From Blepharisma stoltei ATCC 30299 (lineage: Eukaryota > Protista > Ciliophora), in NCBI GenBank assembly GCA_965603825.1, contig CBFDEM010000022.1:62001-126000 (forward strand): 64,000 nucleotides of DNA, read 5' to 3'. This document shows, piece after piece, positions 40,120-52,161 of the stretch. Positions within the stretch are counted from its first letter, which is position 1. The number at the start of each line of letters is the position of its first letter. Below the pieces are notes generated by a model, which saw only the letters and a program-made list of their open reading frames with translations, had not been told where the DNA came from and made no database searches. Both the position numbers and the translations under genes were made by a program.

Positions 40120-43100
40120 ATGATGGTGATTCTTCCAAAAAATCACACACTTATTGATGGAAAAGCTCTCGAAAGAGCAGCAGAAACTGTATTTTTAATA
40201 GACTCTTTTGGGTTAGATTTGCAAATACCGAAACTTATGAAATATTTGATACAAAGAGAAATCGAGATTAGGATTTCTGGAGAGAATAGCGCTCGTTTGA
40301 AATTTGGAGGCTTCTTTCCTAATGTAAATATTGATGAAAGAAGTCTTAAGCTTCATGAGTATCCTTATGAAAGTGGGCTGTGGACTGTTTTCAATACAAT
40401 TATGTTGATTTCAAGCGGAAACAATGAGTTTTTAGTGCCCTTTAGTAAGTTTAACCCATGCTTTAGTTTAAAGCTGGGAGCTATTCTAGACGTACATAAT
40501 ATCAAATTAGACAAGAGTCCAAATGGCCCTCTTCCTCATCTGAATTATAAGTCAAATGAGATTGAATTTGTGAATAAGGGAATCAGTAGTTCATTGATTC
40601 ATGAACTGTCAGACTGGGAAGTGCTTGAAAAAGAAATGGAATTCATCCAAAATCATTTAAATATCCAACAACTTTGCACTGTTTGAGATTATAAGCAATC
40701 AAACTTATGAGGAGAGGCCAAAAATTTTGTTAGAAGAATAAAAGCTCTTCTGGAAAATATAGACTCTTCATGATGTCTTAGATTTAAATTTGATGATATA
40801 TTTATCACACCACATCGCCTACCACAAATTAAAAGTTTAACACCTCCAACGCATCAATCAATCATGAAGGGTAATTCTGGTGGTAATTGCATAATTAATA
40901 CTGATCACTTTAAAGAGGCAGTTATGAATAAAGATTGCTATATTGATAAATCATTACTCATCAAAGAAATTTTAACTAGTAGCGCCCCAAATATACTCAT
41001 CTTACGTCCGCAAAAATGGGGGAAAACACTAAATATGAGCATGCTAAAAGCTTTTTTCCACCCAAGAAATACTTTTGGGAATTTTAAAAATTTGTACTTG
41101 TTCACTGGTGGAAAAGATAACATTGATGTAAACAACTTGGACAAAACAAAATGCTTAAAAATAATAACTGAAAATGATGGTTATTATTACAAAAAGTTTG
41201 CTGGGAAAATTCCAACGATTTTTCTAAAATTCTCCAAAATAAAAGAAAAATTGGACAATGAGCCCGTAGAGGAATATTACCGCAGAGCAATTTCATATAT
41301 AATCAAAGACGCATACTTAGAATATTACCCAGAGTATTGCACATCCTTGGACGAAGCTATCAAAAATTATAGCGCTTTCCCGAGGATGGCGCGGAATGGC
41401 GCCATCCTCGGGAAAGCGCTATATGTTTCAAAGCAGCCAGATATTGTGATAAATTATAATAATACATCCATATTAGAGCTTGAAAATATTATTGACGCAT
41501 ATAAAATACCTTTGCCGTTGCATGTTCAATTGTTTAGAGATTACAAAGAAGATAAGCCATCAGTTATACTATCAGATGCTGTGCCGAATCTGGCTAGATT
41601 TGCTCATATATTTTACAAGCAGAAGGTAATTATTATTGTGGACGATTATGATACCCCTTTTAGTCTTATATTAAATGCTCCTTACCAAAATGATGCATTA
41701 AGAATAATAGATAATATTATGACATCAATATGCACAGATAGACCTCCTTATGTTTTGAAAGTGATTTTGACAGGCATTTTACCTATTAAAGGGATAAGAC
41801 TTTCATGAATAAGAAGCTTTGAATTATATACAGTTAAAAAGGCAAAATACTCCCAGTTTTTTGGCTTTACAGAATCAGAGATAAATACTCTTATTGAGAA
41901 AAACTTGGAGAGTAACACAGAGGAGGAAATGTTAGAGCAAAAAGAATTAATAAAGCTGTGATACAACGGATACAATATTAGTGGGCAAAAAATTTACAAT
42001 CCACACTCAATAATGCATTTTTTAGATGAAGTAAAATCCCGAGATAGTAATCCTCTCCAGCCTTATTGAGCCGATAATGACCTTGATTCATTGATCCCAG
42101 CATTTAATGCCCTACAATCTTATGATAAATTGTTTGAATTAATGAGAACTGGCTATCTTGAATTATCAGAAGAAATTGATAGCTATATAAATTTGCCATT
42201 AGATTTCAGCAACACAAAATTTTTTTTCGCACTATTGCTTCATGCTGGCTATTTAACACCATATGGAACAACTAAAAATGAAAAGAAAAACCTTGTGAGC
42301 ACTTGAATATATGTAGTTCCTAATAGAGAAATAAAAAAGAGTTTTTACAACTCACTGCTTTTAGAGTGAATTAACAGAAAAATAGGCTCAGGAAAAGTTG
42401 ATATTGGCAAGATAGTAGAGAATTTTAACACCACCTTAGATAATAAAACTGAATTCAAAAATCTTATCCAATCAATGATTCTTGATAAGATGATCGATTG
42501 CACTAGTAAAACAGAGGCAGACTTTCAAATCTTACTAGGAGGAATAGCAATGCTTGCCTCAATTATGAGAGAAGATGCAAATTATACATTGCATTCCGAA
42601 GCACCAAATATATTTAGAAAGAAGGCTGATGGGATTTTCATCCCTACTAAAGATAAAAAAACTAGTGTTATAATTCATGAATACAAGAAAATTGATACTG
42701 CTAATATTAAGAATATTAGAGATAAAGAAGAGGATGCCCTTTGGCAGATCTATGCAAAGCAGTATATGAAAATTGCGCTAGATTTGCGTGATAGTGATCC
42801 GCATTATAATTATTTTGATAAAATGATAATCCGTGGTATTATTTTCTACAAATCTCATTTTGGTTATAAATGAAATATGGTTATTAAAGAGCACTCTTTC
42901 GACTTCAATATTGCTTTAAGGATAAATAGTGTTTTTACTTCAGATGAGGGGGGAATTTTGGCTGTATCAGCCAAATTATGTGGAGAAAGTGGGTCTCAAA
43001 ATGAAAAAATTGAAGAAAGAAGATCTTTTGGTGCAGAAAGAATTGATGATCTGATCAAAAATATTAGTGGCGATGATTATAGTTACATTGGAGAAGAAGG

Positions 43101-43161
43101 ATTAGAGATGAAAATCAAACTTGACCCTCCAAGCAAAAAGCCAAAATTGCAGGATAATTAA
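40120..43161 (+). CDS. AAA-nuclease family copy 5, N-terminally truncated, 1013 aa including an 18-aa insert from a palindromic element
   Basis: Homology starts near 40045 (LKKPLVAFW); first ATG at 40120; frame open to TAA at 43161 with TGA=Trp. Confidence 0.8.
41368..41423. mobile_element. TA-bounded perfect palindrome (25-bp arms, 6-nt loop), IES/MITE-like insertion
   Basis: TATAGCGCTTTCCCGAGGATGGCGC-GGAATG-GCGCCATCCTCGGGAAAGCGCTATA. Paralogs read AAAAAT-TAT-GTTTCA without the 54 bp. Confidence 0.88.
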
Positions 43162-43692
43162 GTTTTCTTATAGGTGAAATAATTTTTGTTCTGATTAAAT
43201 TCCTAAGTAAATACTTCAGCAGCGCGCTGTGTATCTTTAATAAATATAGATTTAATTACCATATCTGTTTATACTCATTTTCATTATAAGTAGAAATCAT
43301 AATTGATAGGTTCCTGAAGATTTGGTAAGTTGATAATGCTTTCATAAGCATTTTTCTGCTCAAGCCTGCTAGGAAAATTTTCCAACGTATTATAAAATAC
43401 ATGTAAAATAATTTTAGAGCACAAGAGGTTAATAGGCGAACTTTAAGTAGATCCTTTCCTATAGCAAAACATTTGGCAAAGCATAAAAAAACACAAAGTT
43501 TTTTAAAGCTTACATGATTGCTAGGATTTCTGAATTACTAAAGCTAGTAAGCAAATTATTGATGGAGTTGCTGCTGGATTTATTGCTGATATTGTTGATA
43601 AAATTAGTGATGGATATTTGCTTGAAAATTTGTTGTTGTGTCTGGAATTTAGAATTAAAAGCAACTAAACGCGGATTTATCGCTTTAAAAGA

Positions 43693-43748
43693 TATAGTAA
43701 TTGCCCGAGGATGGCGCAAGATAGCGCCATCCTCGGGCAATTACTATA
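43693..43748. mobile_element. Second member of the TA-bounded 56-bp palindrome family
   Basis: TATAGTAATTGCCCGAGGATGGCGC-AAGATA-GCGCCATCCTCGGGCAATTACTATA; same length, same ends and same 14-bp inner stem as 41368-41423. Confidence 0.82.
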
Positions 43749-43831
43749 TAATATATCAGATATTCCGTTTCAATCCTTTATCATCCAGGCAGGAAGATTT
43801 ATAGGCTGGTTTGCTAAGGTAGAACTAATAT

Positions 43832-43875
43832 GACTGTTTGGCCGAGTGGTCTAAGGCGGTAGCTTAAGGCGCTAT

Positions 43876-43906
<31 letters not shown>

Positions 43907-43911
43907 AGTCA
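43832..43911 (+). tRNA. tRNA-Leu(AAG)
   Basis: Acceptor GACTGTT/AGCAGTC-A, A-box TGGCCGAGTGG, anticodon arm GTAGC-TTAAGGC-GCTAT, variable arm, GTTCAAATCC T-loop, downstream T-runs. Confidence 0.95.
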
Positions 43912-44087
43912 TTTCTTTTATTTAAATTTCTTTAACGATTTAAATTAAACTAAATCAATTTAAATAATTTTTCAAGCAGATTTTTATTTAAAAACTCTTT
44001 TCTTTTTTTCCTTTATTACTTAAAAATAATTATATACTAAATATCAGAAACTCCTAAATCAAAACTCTGAATTGAGCATTAAGTGTA

Positions 44088-45137
44088 TTAACGGCTATTT
44101 ATTAATCATTCTATAGCCCCTTCGACATTTCCTCCGGTTACTTGTAGTGCTTGAATTATTAAATTTTCGTCATTAAAGCCCATTTCTTTTATTTGCGTAA
44201 TTTGTGAAGCATATACTTCACTTAGATTTTGCTGTGGGGCAGGTTGATTATAACCTCCATACCCAGGCATTCCGTATCCTCCTCCATATCCTCCCATTCC
44301 TCCATAAGGATATCCATATCCAGGCATCATTCCAGGCAAGCTTTGTCCTGGCTGAGAAAAGTTTGATTGATTCGGCTGATATGCTGGCTGATTTTGTGAA
44401 GCCTGACTAGCCTGTGGCTGTGATACTCCCATTCCTCCCATCCCAGGCATTCCCATGCCTCCCATTCCAGGCATCATTCCTCCTCTCATCATTGAAAAAA
44501 TGCTTTGCATCATTGCTGGGTTTCTCAACATTTCTCTTATCTGTGGATTTGAATCTACCATCTGTTTCAACATTGGATTTTGGCTGATAACTGACTCCAA
44601 AAACTGAGGGTTTGACAGCATTGTCATCATCATTTGTTGGCTTTGTGGGTCATTCATCATTTGTTGCATCATCTGAGGATCCATGCCTCCCATACCTCCC
44701 ATGCCTCCCATGCCTCCTAGACCTCCCATACCTCCTAGGCCTCCCATATTAAAATTGTTTGGCATCTGAGGAGGTTGGCTTGGTTGAGGATTCACGTTTG
44801 GATGTGGAAGACCTTGAGATACTGGAGCAGATTGCACAGGCTGTGAAGGCTGAGAAGGCTGCGGCTGATTTTGAGAACTTTTTGAAGGACTTTTAACTAA
44901 ATGTACAGAGTGGCCATCAGCAATTCCAAGAGTCTGCAATACTGTATCATCTTTCAAAATTTTTCCTATATAACTTTTACCTCTATAGACAAGTCTTATT
45001 TCTTCTATAGGAATATCCATTGTATTAGAGCATTCAGATTTCAGCTGCCCAACTGTTCATAAAAGCTGTGCGTGCACCTTATTTTCTTGTGAGCTTGAGC
45101 TTGATTTTATATTTAAGGTGATAGTCTGATCCTCCAT
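44088..45137 (-). CDS. Ubiquilin/Dsk2-like protein (UBL-STI1-UBA); intron 44966-44980
   Basis: RLVYRG|KILKDD UBL after removing a 15-nt intron; M/Q-rich NP repeats; UBA EMGF...TGGNVEGAIEW(TGA)L. Confidence 0.92.
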
Positions 45138-45177
45138 TTTATTTTCTACTCGGATTACTTATATTACAGTTTATCTA

Positions 45178-46284
45178 TTACTCTATTGCAACTATAAAAT
45201 CTGCATAGACAGAACAATGTTCACTTGCGTACATATGGGAATTTTCAGCATACCCTGCTACTTCACAAATAGGAGGATCTTCGATATTTCGATAATAAAT
45301 TCTGTCATAACGATGAAGTGGGTGCCATGATGGAAATGTGTAGCCTTCACTTTTAACGTGGGAAAATTTCCATGCATCTTTTAAGTTGCCAATAGCAGAA
45401 TTCACTGGGAATTTTCCTTCCAAAAAATCAGCTGGGAGTGAAAAATTATCTTTTATATTGGTGTCAGCTAAAAGAACTTGCATAAGGAAAGGGCTCTCTT
45501 CAGAGTTCATAAAGCTATAAATTTCATAAGCTTGATGGGCTTGATATTTGCTATCACTTGCAAGCTGGGCGTTATAAATAGAAAGCTTTCTTTTAGGATG
45601 GTCAATAATTACTTTTAAGCAAGAATCGTTATGGACGCTTTTAGGATATTTCGCAAGCTTTATTGATTTTGTTTCTATGATCGGGAATCTTGAAATAATT
45701 GCAATTCCTTCAGTGTCCCCATTATGCCTTCTATGTGAAATATGCCAATATGAATAAGAATACTCAGGCAGCAGCTCCATCAAGTCTTTCAGGGTATCAC
45801 AAGTTTTCACCGTTTTTTTCTTATTTTTTCCTGTTTTCTCTATATTTTTTGCAGACCGAGAATGGCTTTTAGAACTTACGTCTTGTAAAGCAATAATGTC
45901 AGCTGAAATTTCTTTTATTTGCTGAGCTATCATATGGACCCTCATTCTCCATTTTGACTGTTTGGTATTTGTTGACAGATTATATGTCTGTACTCGAATT
46001 AAACATGGAGTGTCTGTATAAAAATTACGAGGATAAACGATATAGATGATTGGGGATACAGAGTATTGGATATAAGACGCAAAGCCATCATTATCTGAAA
46101 TCAGAATTCATTTGGTAGGGTTAGGGATCATAATATCAAATGTAGGCTCAGAGTCACAAAGAAGATCAGCTATTGATCTGATTAGGGTTTACGAGTATAA
46201 TTCAGAGTAAGTGAAGGACCTGAAGTTGTAGATTAGATATGTCCGTGATTCTAGTATCACTTTAAGTGGTAACTGAGTATCCAT
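45178..46284 (-). CDS. Endonuclease/exonuclease/phosphatase (EEP) family protein; intron 46178-46192
   Basis: VQTYNL, DIIALQDV, GIAIISRFPI, LADTN, DAW, TFPS, DRIYY, SEH. Confidence 0.85.
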
Positions 46285-46534
46285 TTTATAATTAGCTTAT
46301 AATTTAATGCGAATAATATCAGCAGAATGAACAATTCTATTATCCGTTGGAGGGAAAAGGAAATACTGGATTTATTCCACATAAAATAGGGAAATATTTT
46401 GAGTTGAAAATAATTTTATGAGAAATTATTTTTATGATAAAGCATTTAAGTTTTGCTTTATTTATCGTACAAATCCATATTTTTGTTTATATTTGAGAGT
46501 GGTAATTATACTAAAAAATTAATAAAGCATAAAA

Positions 46535-47722
46535 ATGAATTTGTTAGATGAACTTTTACAAGAAAACTCTATAAGAAAATATCTCAGAGATTTCCCAAAA
46601 ACAGACTGGCCAGAAGTCATTAAAAAGACTTTGCTATATGGGATACACTCACTAACAGCACTTCAGTCTGTAGGCTTGACATCTCCTAGAATGGGGAATT
46701 TAACAGGATTGAAAATTCAGTTAGGTAACATTTCGTCATCGAACCACTGCGAAAGCACCACTCATACTTCTAATTCAAATCAAAATCGCTCGAATTCTCA
46801 GCCGAGCACTAAGAAATTTTCTAACCTCAAATTGGACCATTCCCCTGAAGATTTAGGTCCTCGAGATCATCACCACAGATGCCGCAAATCAAGTCGGCAT
46901 AAGCCAAAAAGCCAAAAACCTGCAGAAAAATCCACAACAAAAGAAAGAAAAGAACTAATCCAGCCACCATTTAAATTAACAGGTAGAGATAAAACAGAAA
47001 CTAAACGAACAATCCCCAAGCATTTGCAAAACGTCGACTCCAAAATCAAAGATGATATCCAAAAATATAAACAAGTCGCAAAATATACAGAAAGATATCT
47101 AGTTGAGGAACCAGATTTAAAAGAAAATTCGAATAAATACAAATGTTGAAGCTATCTCAAAGACTTAGAAAAACAAACAGAAAACATTGAGCGAAGACAT
47201 GCAGAAAAACCATCAACTGATAGATCTTTTATAAAAGATGAGGAGGATTATGAGAAAAATAGACATAAAAGGGAGAATGAAAGAGGAAAAGAGCTGCTAA
47301 TAAAAACCCATGAAATTGAAAATGATTTTGAAAAAGTTATTCCACATACAGTGAAAAATAGAAAATTGTCAGATGATAAGCTGCAGTGGGAGGATTGGGG
47401 ATCACAATATCAGACAGCTGATTTTTCGAGAGATATAGGAACTTATGGTACAAGTAATGAAGTCCAAAATCCTGCCCCTCTGAAGCCTGAAGTTCAGCCT
47501 AAATCTCCAGCTTCCTCAACAAGTTCGTTCTCCACTTATCAAGCACCTGAAGAAATCAAACAATTTTATCAGAAGGAATTCAAAAATCTCATGCCTGAAG
47601 AAGTTCCAAAGAGATTAAAACCAGTTGAATTGCCGCTAAAGCAAGATGTTTTTAGGATTTCGAGCTATTCAGTTCAACCTATTTACTGCTCATCAGAAGA
47701 TGATGATAAAAGTATAAGATAA
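46535..47722 (+). CDS. Hypothetical protein, 395 aa
   Basis: Two in-frame ORFs linked through TGA. Confidence 0.75.
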
Positions 47723-48011
47723 TTGTATTTAAAAACATTAAAAATGTGCTTTATTATGATAAATTTTTGAGATTAAATTTTTACCGATAGGAGCATTTAT
47801 TATCCATTTTTTGTTTGAATTTGGCTTAAAATCAATTATTCCTATATTTTAACTCATTTGGCTATTTTAGCCTTCTTTTTAGGAATCCTTAAGAAATAAA
47901 AATTTAAACTTAATTTATGGCTAAAAATCATGATTAATTCTGCAAATCAGTTAGGAAAACTTAATTAACAGAAAATTTAATAGAAGTTGAATTTAAAAAG
48001 ATTTGTTACAA

Positions 48012-48248
48012 TTAAGCTTTAGATACCTGAATCTCTTTCTGAGTCATTCTGAATTCTGCAAATTCTTTGAAACTTAAATTCTTTTCGGTTTGAATTTTGT
48101 TTATTTTTCCATGAGAAGGCTGAAACTTGTCTCCAACAGCCATTGGAGGGCTTAAATCTCTCAAATCGAATTTAATTCTTTGGACTAATGGATGCTCTGG
48201 CCTATCGAAATTAAGTATGAGTTCATTTGTTCCTGCTTGTAAGCTCAT
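48012..48248 (-). CDS. Small hypothetical protein, 78 aa
   Basis: ATG-TAA ORF with higher GC than AT-rich flanks; start uncertain. Confidence 0.55.
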   Translation of the reverse strand: MSLQAGTNELILNFDRPEHPLVQRIKFDLRDLSPPMAVGDKFQPSHGKINKIQTEKNLSFKEFAEFRMTQKEIQVSKA

Positions 48249-48992
48249 CCCTGCTGAAAATTAAATTAATATTATTTTCGATGTAGGTTATGTCAGAATG
48301 TTAAAAAATGAAGATTCTTAATTGTAAGAATTGACCAATTTTCTATAAAAAAAGCAAAATTGCATAGGTCATTGAAATGATATTGAGGATTTTAGCTTCG
48401 AAAATAATTATTAGTCGCTTATTTTTATTATATGAATTATTTTTTTTTGGTTTGCACTTTTTATGAAGAAAAGGAACTATTATTGGATTTATGTTAAGAT
48501 TGTTGAAAAAGTATCATCTATTAACTATAGAAATCGTATTTTCTCTTTTCTTTTATTTATTTTGTACTTCTTATGAGCTAGGCCTTAAAAAGCGCTTTAA
48601 GCCTAAAAGATATTAGATATTTTAAAATATGAGAGCTTGACAGATTAAATTGACCTTAGCTTGCTAGGATGCTAATAAGTAACCACTGAGGTTATCGCGT
48701 GATTTTTAACTTATCGTGCCATTTTCGAGCTGACCTATTTTTTGTCAAATTTTAAAGAGTTTCTCATTTAAAACTTTTCTGAAATTCTGATTCCAAAATT
48801 GCAAGTTAACTCGACCCAATAAAACGATTCATGCAAAAACTATAAAAATTGTTAATCTCTTAAGATAAAATTAAACTCAAGGCCAATTGTTTCTTTATAA
48901 TATCACATTTTAAAAGCGGCAAATTCTGGCATTTTCCATCTTAATCTTATCGTTATACTTAATTTTTTATTAAATTTTATTTCAATTCCAAG

Positions 48993-50582
48993 ATGATAGA
49001 TGAAGAAACTGACTCTGGCTCTCAACGAGATCTATTTCATATTGACATCCCTATAGATGACCTTCTTATCAAAGACTTTCCATTTGAAATTTCACCTAGA
49101 AAAACCCAATCACCTACAGCTTCCTCACGAAATGCCCACAAATCATCAGAGCCAGCACTGGCTGATTTTTTCTGTACATGTTCTCTATGTAATTTACAAA
49201 GCAAAGGCAAAGCTAATTTTAAATTAACCCACGACCAAGAAAAAGATGATATCGCCACATATGAAGGCAAAGAAAAAAGCTTCAGCTGGCTACTTGAACA
49301 ATTAGGAGAAGCAAGCTCACAAGCCCTTATAAAAATTAATATACCTGAAACCATTGTATATAGAAAAGCTAAGCCAAAATTTATGATCCAGCAAGGCAGA
49401 GACCGAGCTTTAAAATTTATCACATCAGCTGCCAAGCTAAAAAATCCAGAAATAAGGAAAAATTTTACCTTCCTTGTAAGGCAGAGAAAACGAGATGATT
49501 CGCCAACTTCTCCTGTGAAATTTTACAAAGGCCCTTCATCACCTTTTATAATAGATCACAGGTATGGCCATGAAATAGTGCTAGTCAGATATATGCTAAA
49601 AGATAAAGAAAACGATATTTCTCATATTGCAGCTTCAGATGAAGATGGACCATTACGGGTTATGTTTGAAAATGAATTTGTTGATTTAATGTATGAAAGG
49701 CCAGGAAGCCCAATATGAAAAACAATTTCTTATATACAGACAGTAATAAAATGCAAAGCAGGGATATCAGAACCTTTTATAGTAACATATTATTCACATG
49801 AGGCTAATGACAGAGAAGCCATTCTTGCTTTACAAAAAGCAGGCCAAGATGATGATGAAATTGCTGAAGAAAAACTTTCTGATAACAACATAAATGATTA
49901 TTGTTTATTTATATGCCGAAGAATTGCGTATTTTCTTGCAACTTATTCACAAAAAGAAGTCCTTAGAATTAAAGCGGAATTTATGAAAGATGATAATGGA
50001 AAAGTATGGTTTACATATGCAACTAAAATATCAGTAAGAGATATCGCTATGAATAACAGAGACAAAGAGCTTCTTTTTAAAAGGGTTGGCTTGACTAATG
50101 TGCAGAGCAAAGAAAAATTAAATGAAGAACTACAAAAATTCCAAAACGAGCCTCCAAAGCTGATACACCAGACGCGCATGTCAAAAGTAATGACATGCCA
50201 TTATGAAGAAATCAAAAAAGAAATGGGAATTGACAAGCTTTTTGAGCCTGAGCCACAAGATAAAGTATCAAATGACGCTTTTGCGAAGTTAAGACCTATG
50301 ACGCCATATTCATTGCAGCAGCTATTAGACCCTAGAGCTTCAAGATCAATCACCAAAAAATACCTCTACAGTGATAGCCGCATCCAGACAAAGAAAAAAA
50401 ACTCTTCGTTGACGTCTACAACGAAGCCTACAAAATCATTACACAGGCAAACCGCTTCATTATCCTCACTTCCAACTAAGCAAGTTTCATGAGTTTATAA
50501 CCCAAAAGTCTTACAAGTCAACCCTCCACCTCTGATCAGGCATAGATCTCGCCTTTCTTTAAATTTTCAATCATGATTATAA
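48993..50582 (+). CDS. Hypothetical protein, 529 aa
   Basis: Frame continuous through three TGA to TAA at 50580-50582; contains AEFMKDDNGKVWF. Confidence 0.8.
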
Positions 50583-50587
50583 TAACT

Positions 50588-51901
50588 TTAATTACTAATT
50601 AACGGGGTTGTTACGACATGGTCTAGGAGTGTATAAGCATACACATCATTAAATGGCATTTGATGGCGGTCTCCACCAAAAATAATCATTATATTGTTTA
50701 CCATTACCGCTGAATGGCCATCGCGGGCGTGTGGAGCGTTCCCTTTTATACGACCTGCAATAGGAGTAGCCGGGCCATCATAAAGGGTTTTTCGTCTTAT
50801 AGGAGAATGGTCTCCTTGTGGGGAAATATTTATAGTTTGTCGTCGGGCTGGACTTCTAGTAGGACTGCTGCAGTCTTTTTTATATTTTGGAAGTGTCGGA
50901 CTTCTTGTAGGGCTATTGCAGTCATTTTTAGATTTCGGATAAGTAGGGCTTGCTTTTGATTTTTTGTATTCTTCAAGCTGCTCTGATGTGACTGGATCTT
51001 TGACTTGTTGTTCTCCTTGGAAACAAATCCAATTATTTCCTTCAAAATTGTATGAATACATATCGTTGGTTTCTCGAGTTATATCTTTCACGCCTCCAAA
51101 AATGATCATGAACTCTTTAAAAACCACTGCCGAATGTCCAGATCTTCCTGTTGGGGCTTCTCCTTGAGCATTTACCTGCTGCCAAATATTGCTTTTTAAG
51201 TCTAATTTTCAAAAATCGTTAAGTTTTTCTCCTTCCTCATTAGACCCTCCAAAAATATAAAAATAATCTCCATATATAGCACAAGCGTGATTTGCCCTTG
51301 GCTCAGGAGCTGGGCTAGATAACGGGATATGGCTTCATTTATCGGTTTTTAAGTTTAGTGTATAAGTTTCATTCGACCTGTCTCCAGATAGATAGCCACC
51401 AAAAATGACCATATAAGAGTTTTCACCGTCTTCGTAGAGTGCGGCTGAGTGTGAATCTAACGGTGGAGGGCAGCTTTGGTGTTCTGGGGCGATTGTTGAC
51501 CAGGTTTGGTCCACAAAATTGAAAATTAATGTGGTGTTATATTCATTGATCCCATCAGTCCCACCAAAAATGTACATATCGTTATCTTTTACTATAGAAG
51601 TGTGCCTGCATAAGGGTCCGTGGTTTTCGGTGGGTATTTCGACTCATTTGTCTTCTTCCCATCGAGTTGGGGCTAATTGGAGTTCCCATAAGCCTCTTTG
51701 AGGGCCTTCTCTTAAATCTTGCCCACCATAGATGTACATTCGGTTTTGCCACACAGAGGCTGAATGGTAGCTTCTTCTGGATGGATGCTTGCCAGATGGA
51801 CGGATTTCTTCTCATAGATCATCAGTGGTTTCTAAATATTTTTTAGTATCAACTTTTAGGGCTGTGAAGTTATCTCTTCCACGGACTTTAGAAGCTTCCA
51901 T
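50588..51901 (-). CDS. Kelch-repeat protein, 437 aa
   Basis: Repeated R-x-x-H...YIFGG units; repeat-terminal Trp often encoded by TGA. Confidence 0.9.
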
Positions 51902-52161
51902 TAAACAAGAGATAATGCTAAAATTAAAATTAAATTAAAAACAAGTGGCTATTTTTGTCCAAATTATTAATTTATAATTTCACCAAATTTAATTAAAGTC
52001 CAGATTATTAAGGTTATTTGTAAATATTATTAAATACTGTATAAAGAATCCATCAATTTCTATAGAAATTTAATTTTATTTGAGCGAAAATGATTTCTTA
52101 ATACAATTTATTTATACAAAACTAGCAGAAATGAATTTAAAACATTTTAAAATTTGAAATA

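Noticed and set aside
43510-43804. ORFs 43514-43804 (+) and 43510-43740 (-)
   Set aside because: Both run through the hairpin and have odd composition. A third frame gives a more protein-like but start-less fragment, so neither is called.
44430-44750. GGM/PGM tandem repeats
   Set aside because: Ordinary low-complexity coding repeats of ubiquilin; not a CRISPR array or satellite.
48560-48760. Slightly GC-richer intergenic patch, possible ncRNA
   Set aside because: No snRNA, snoRNA or tRNA motifs I could confirm by eye; needs an Infernal/Rfam search.
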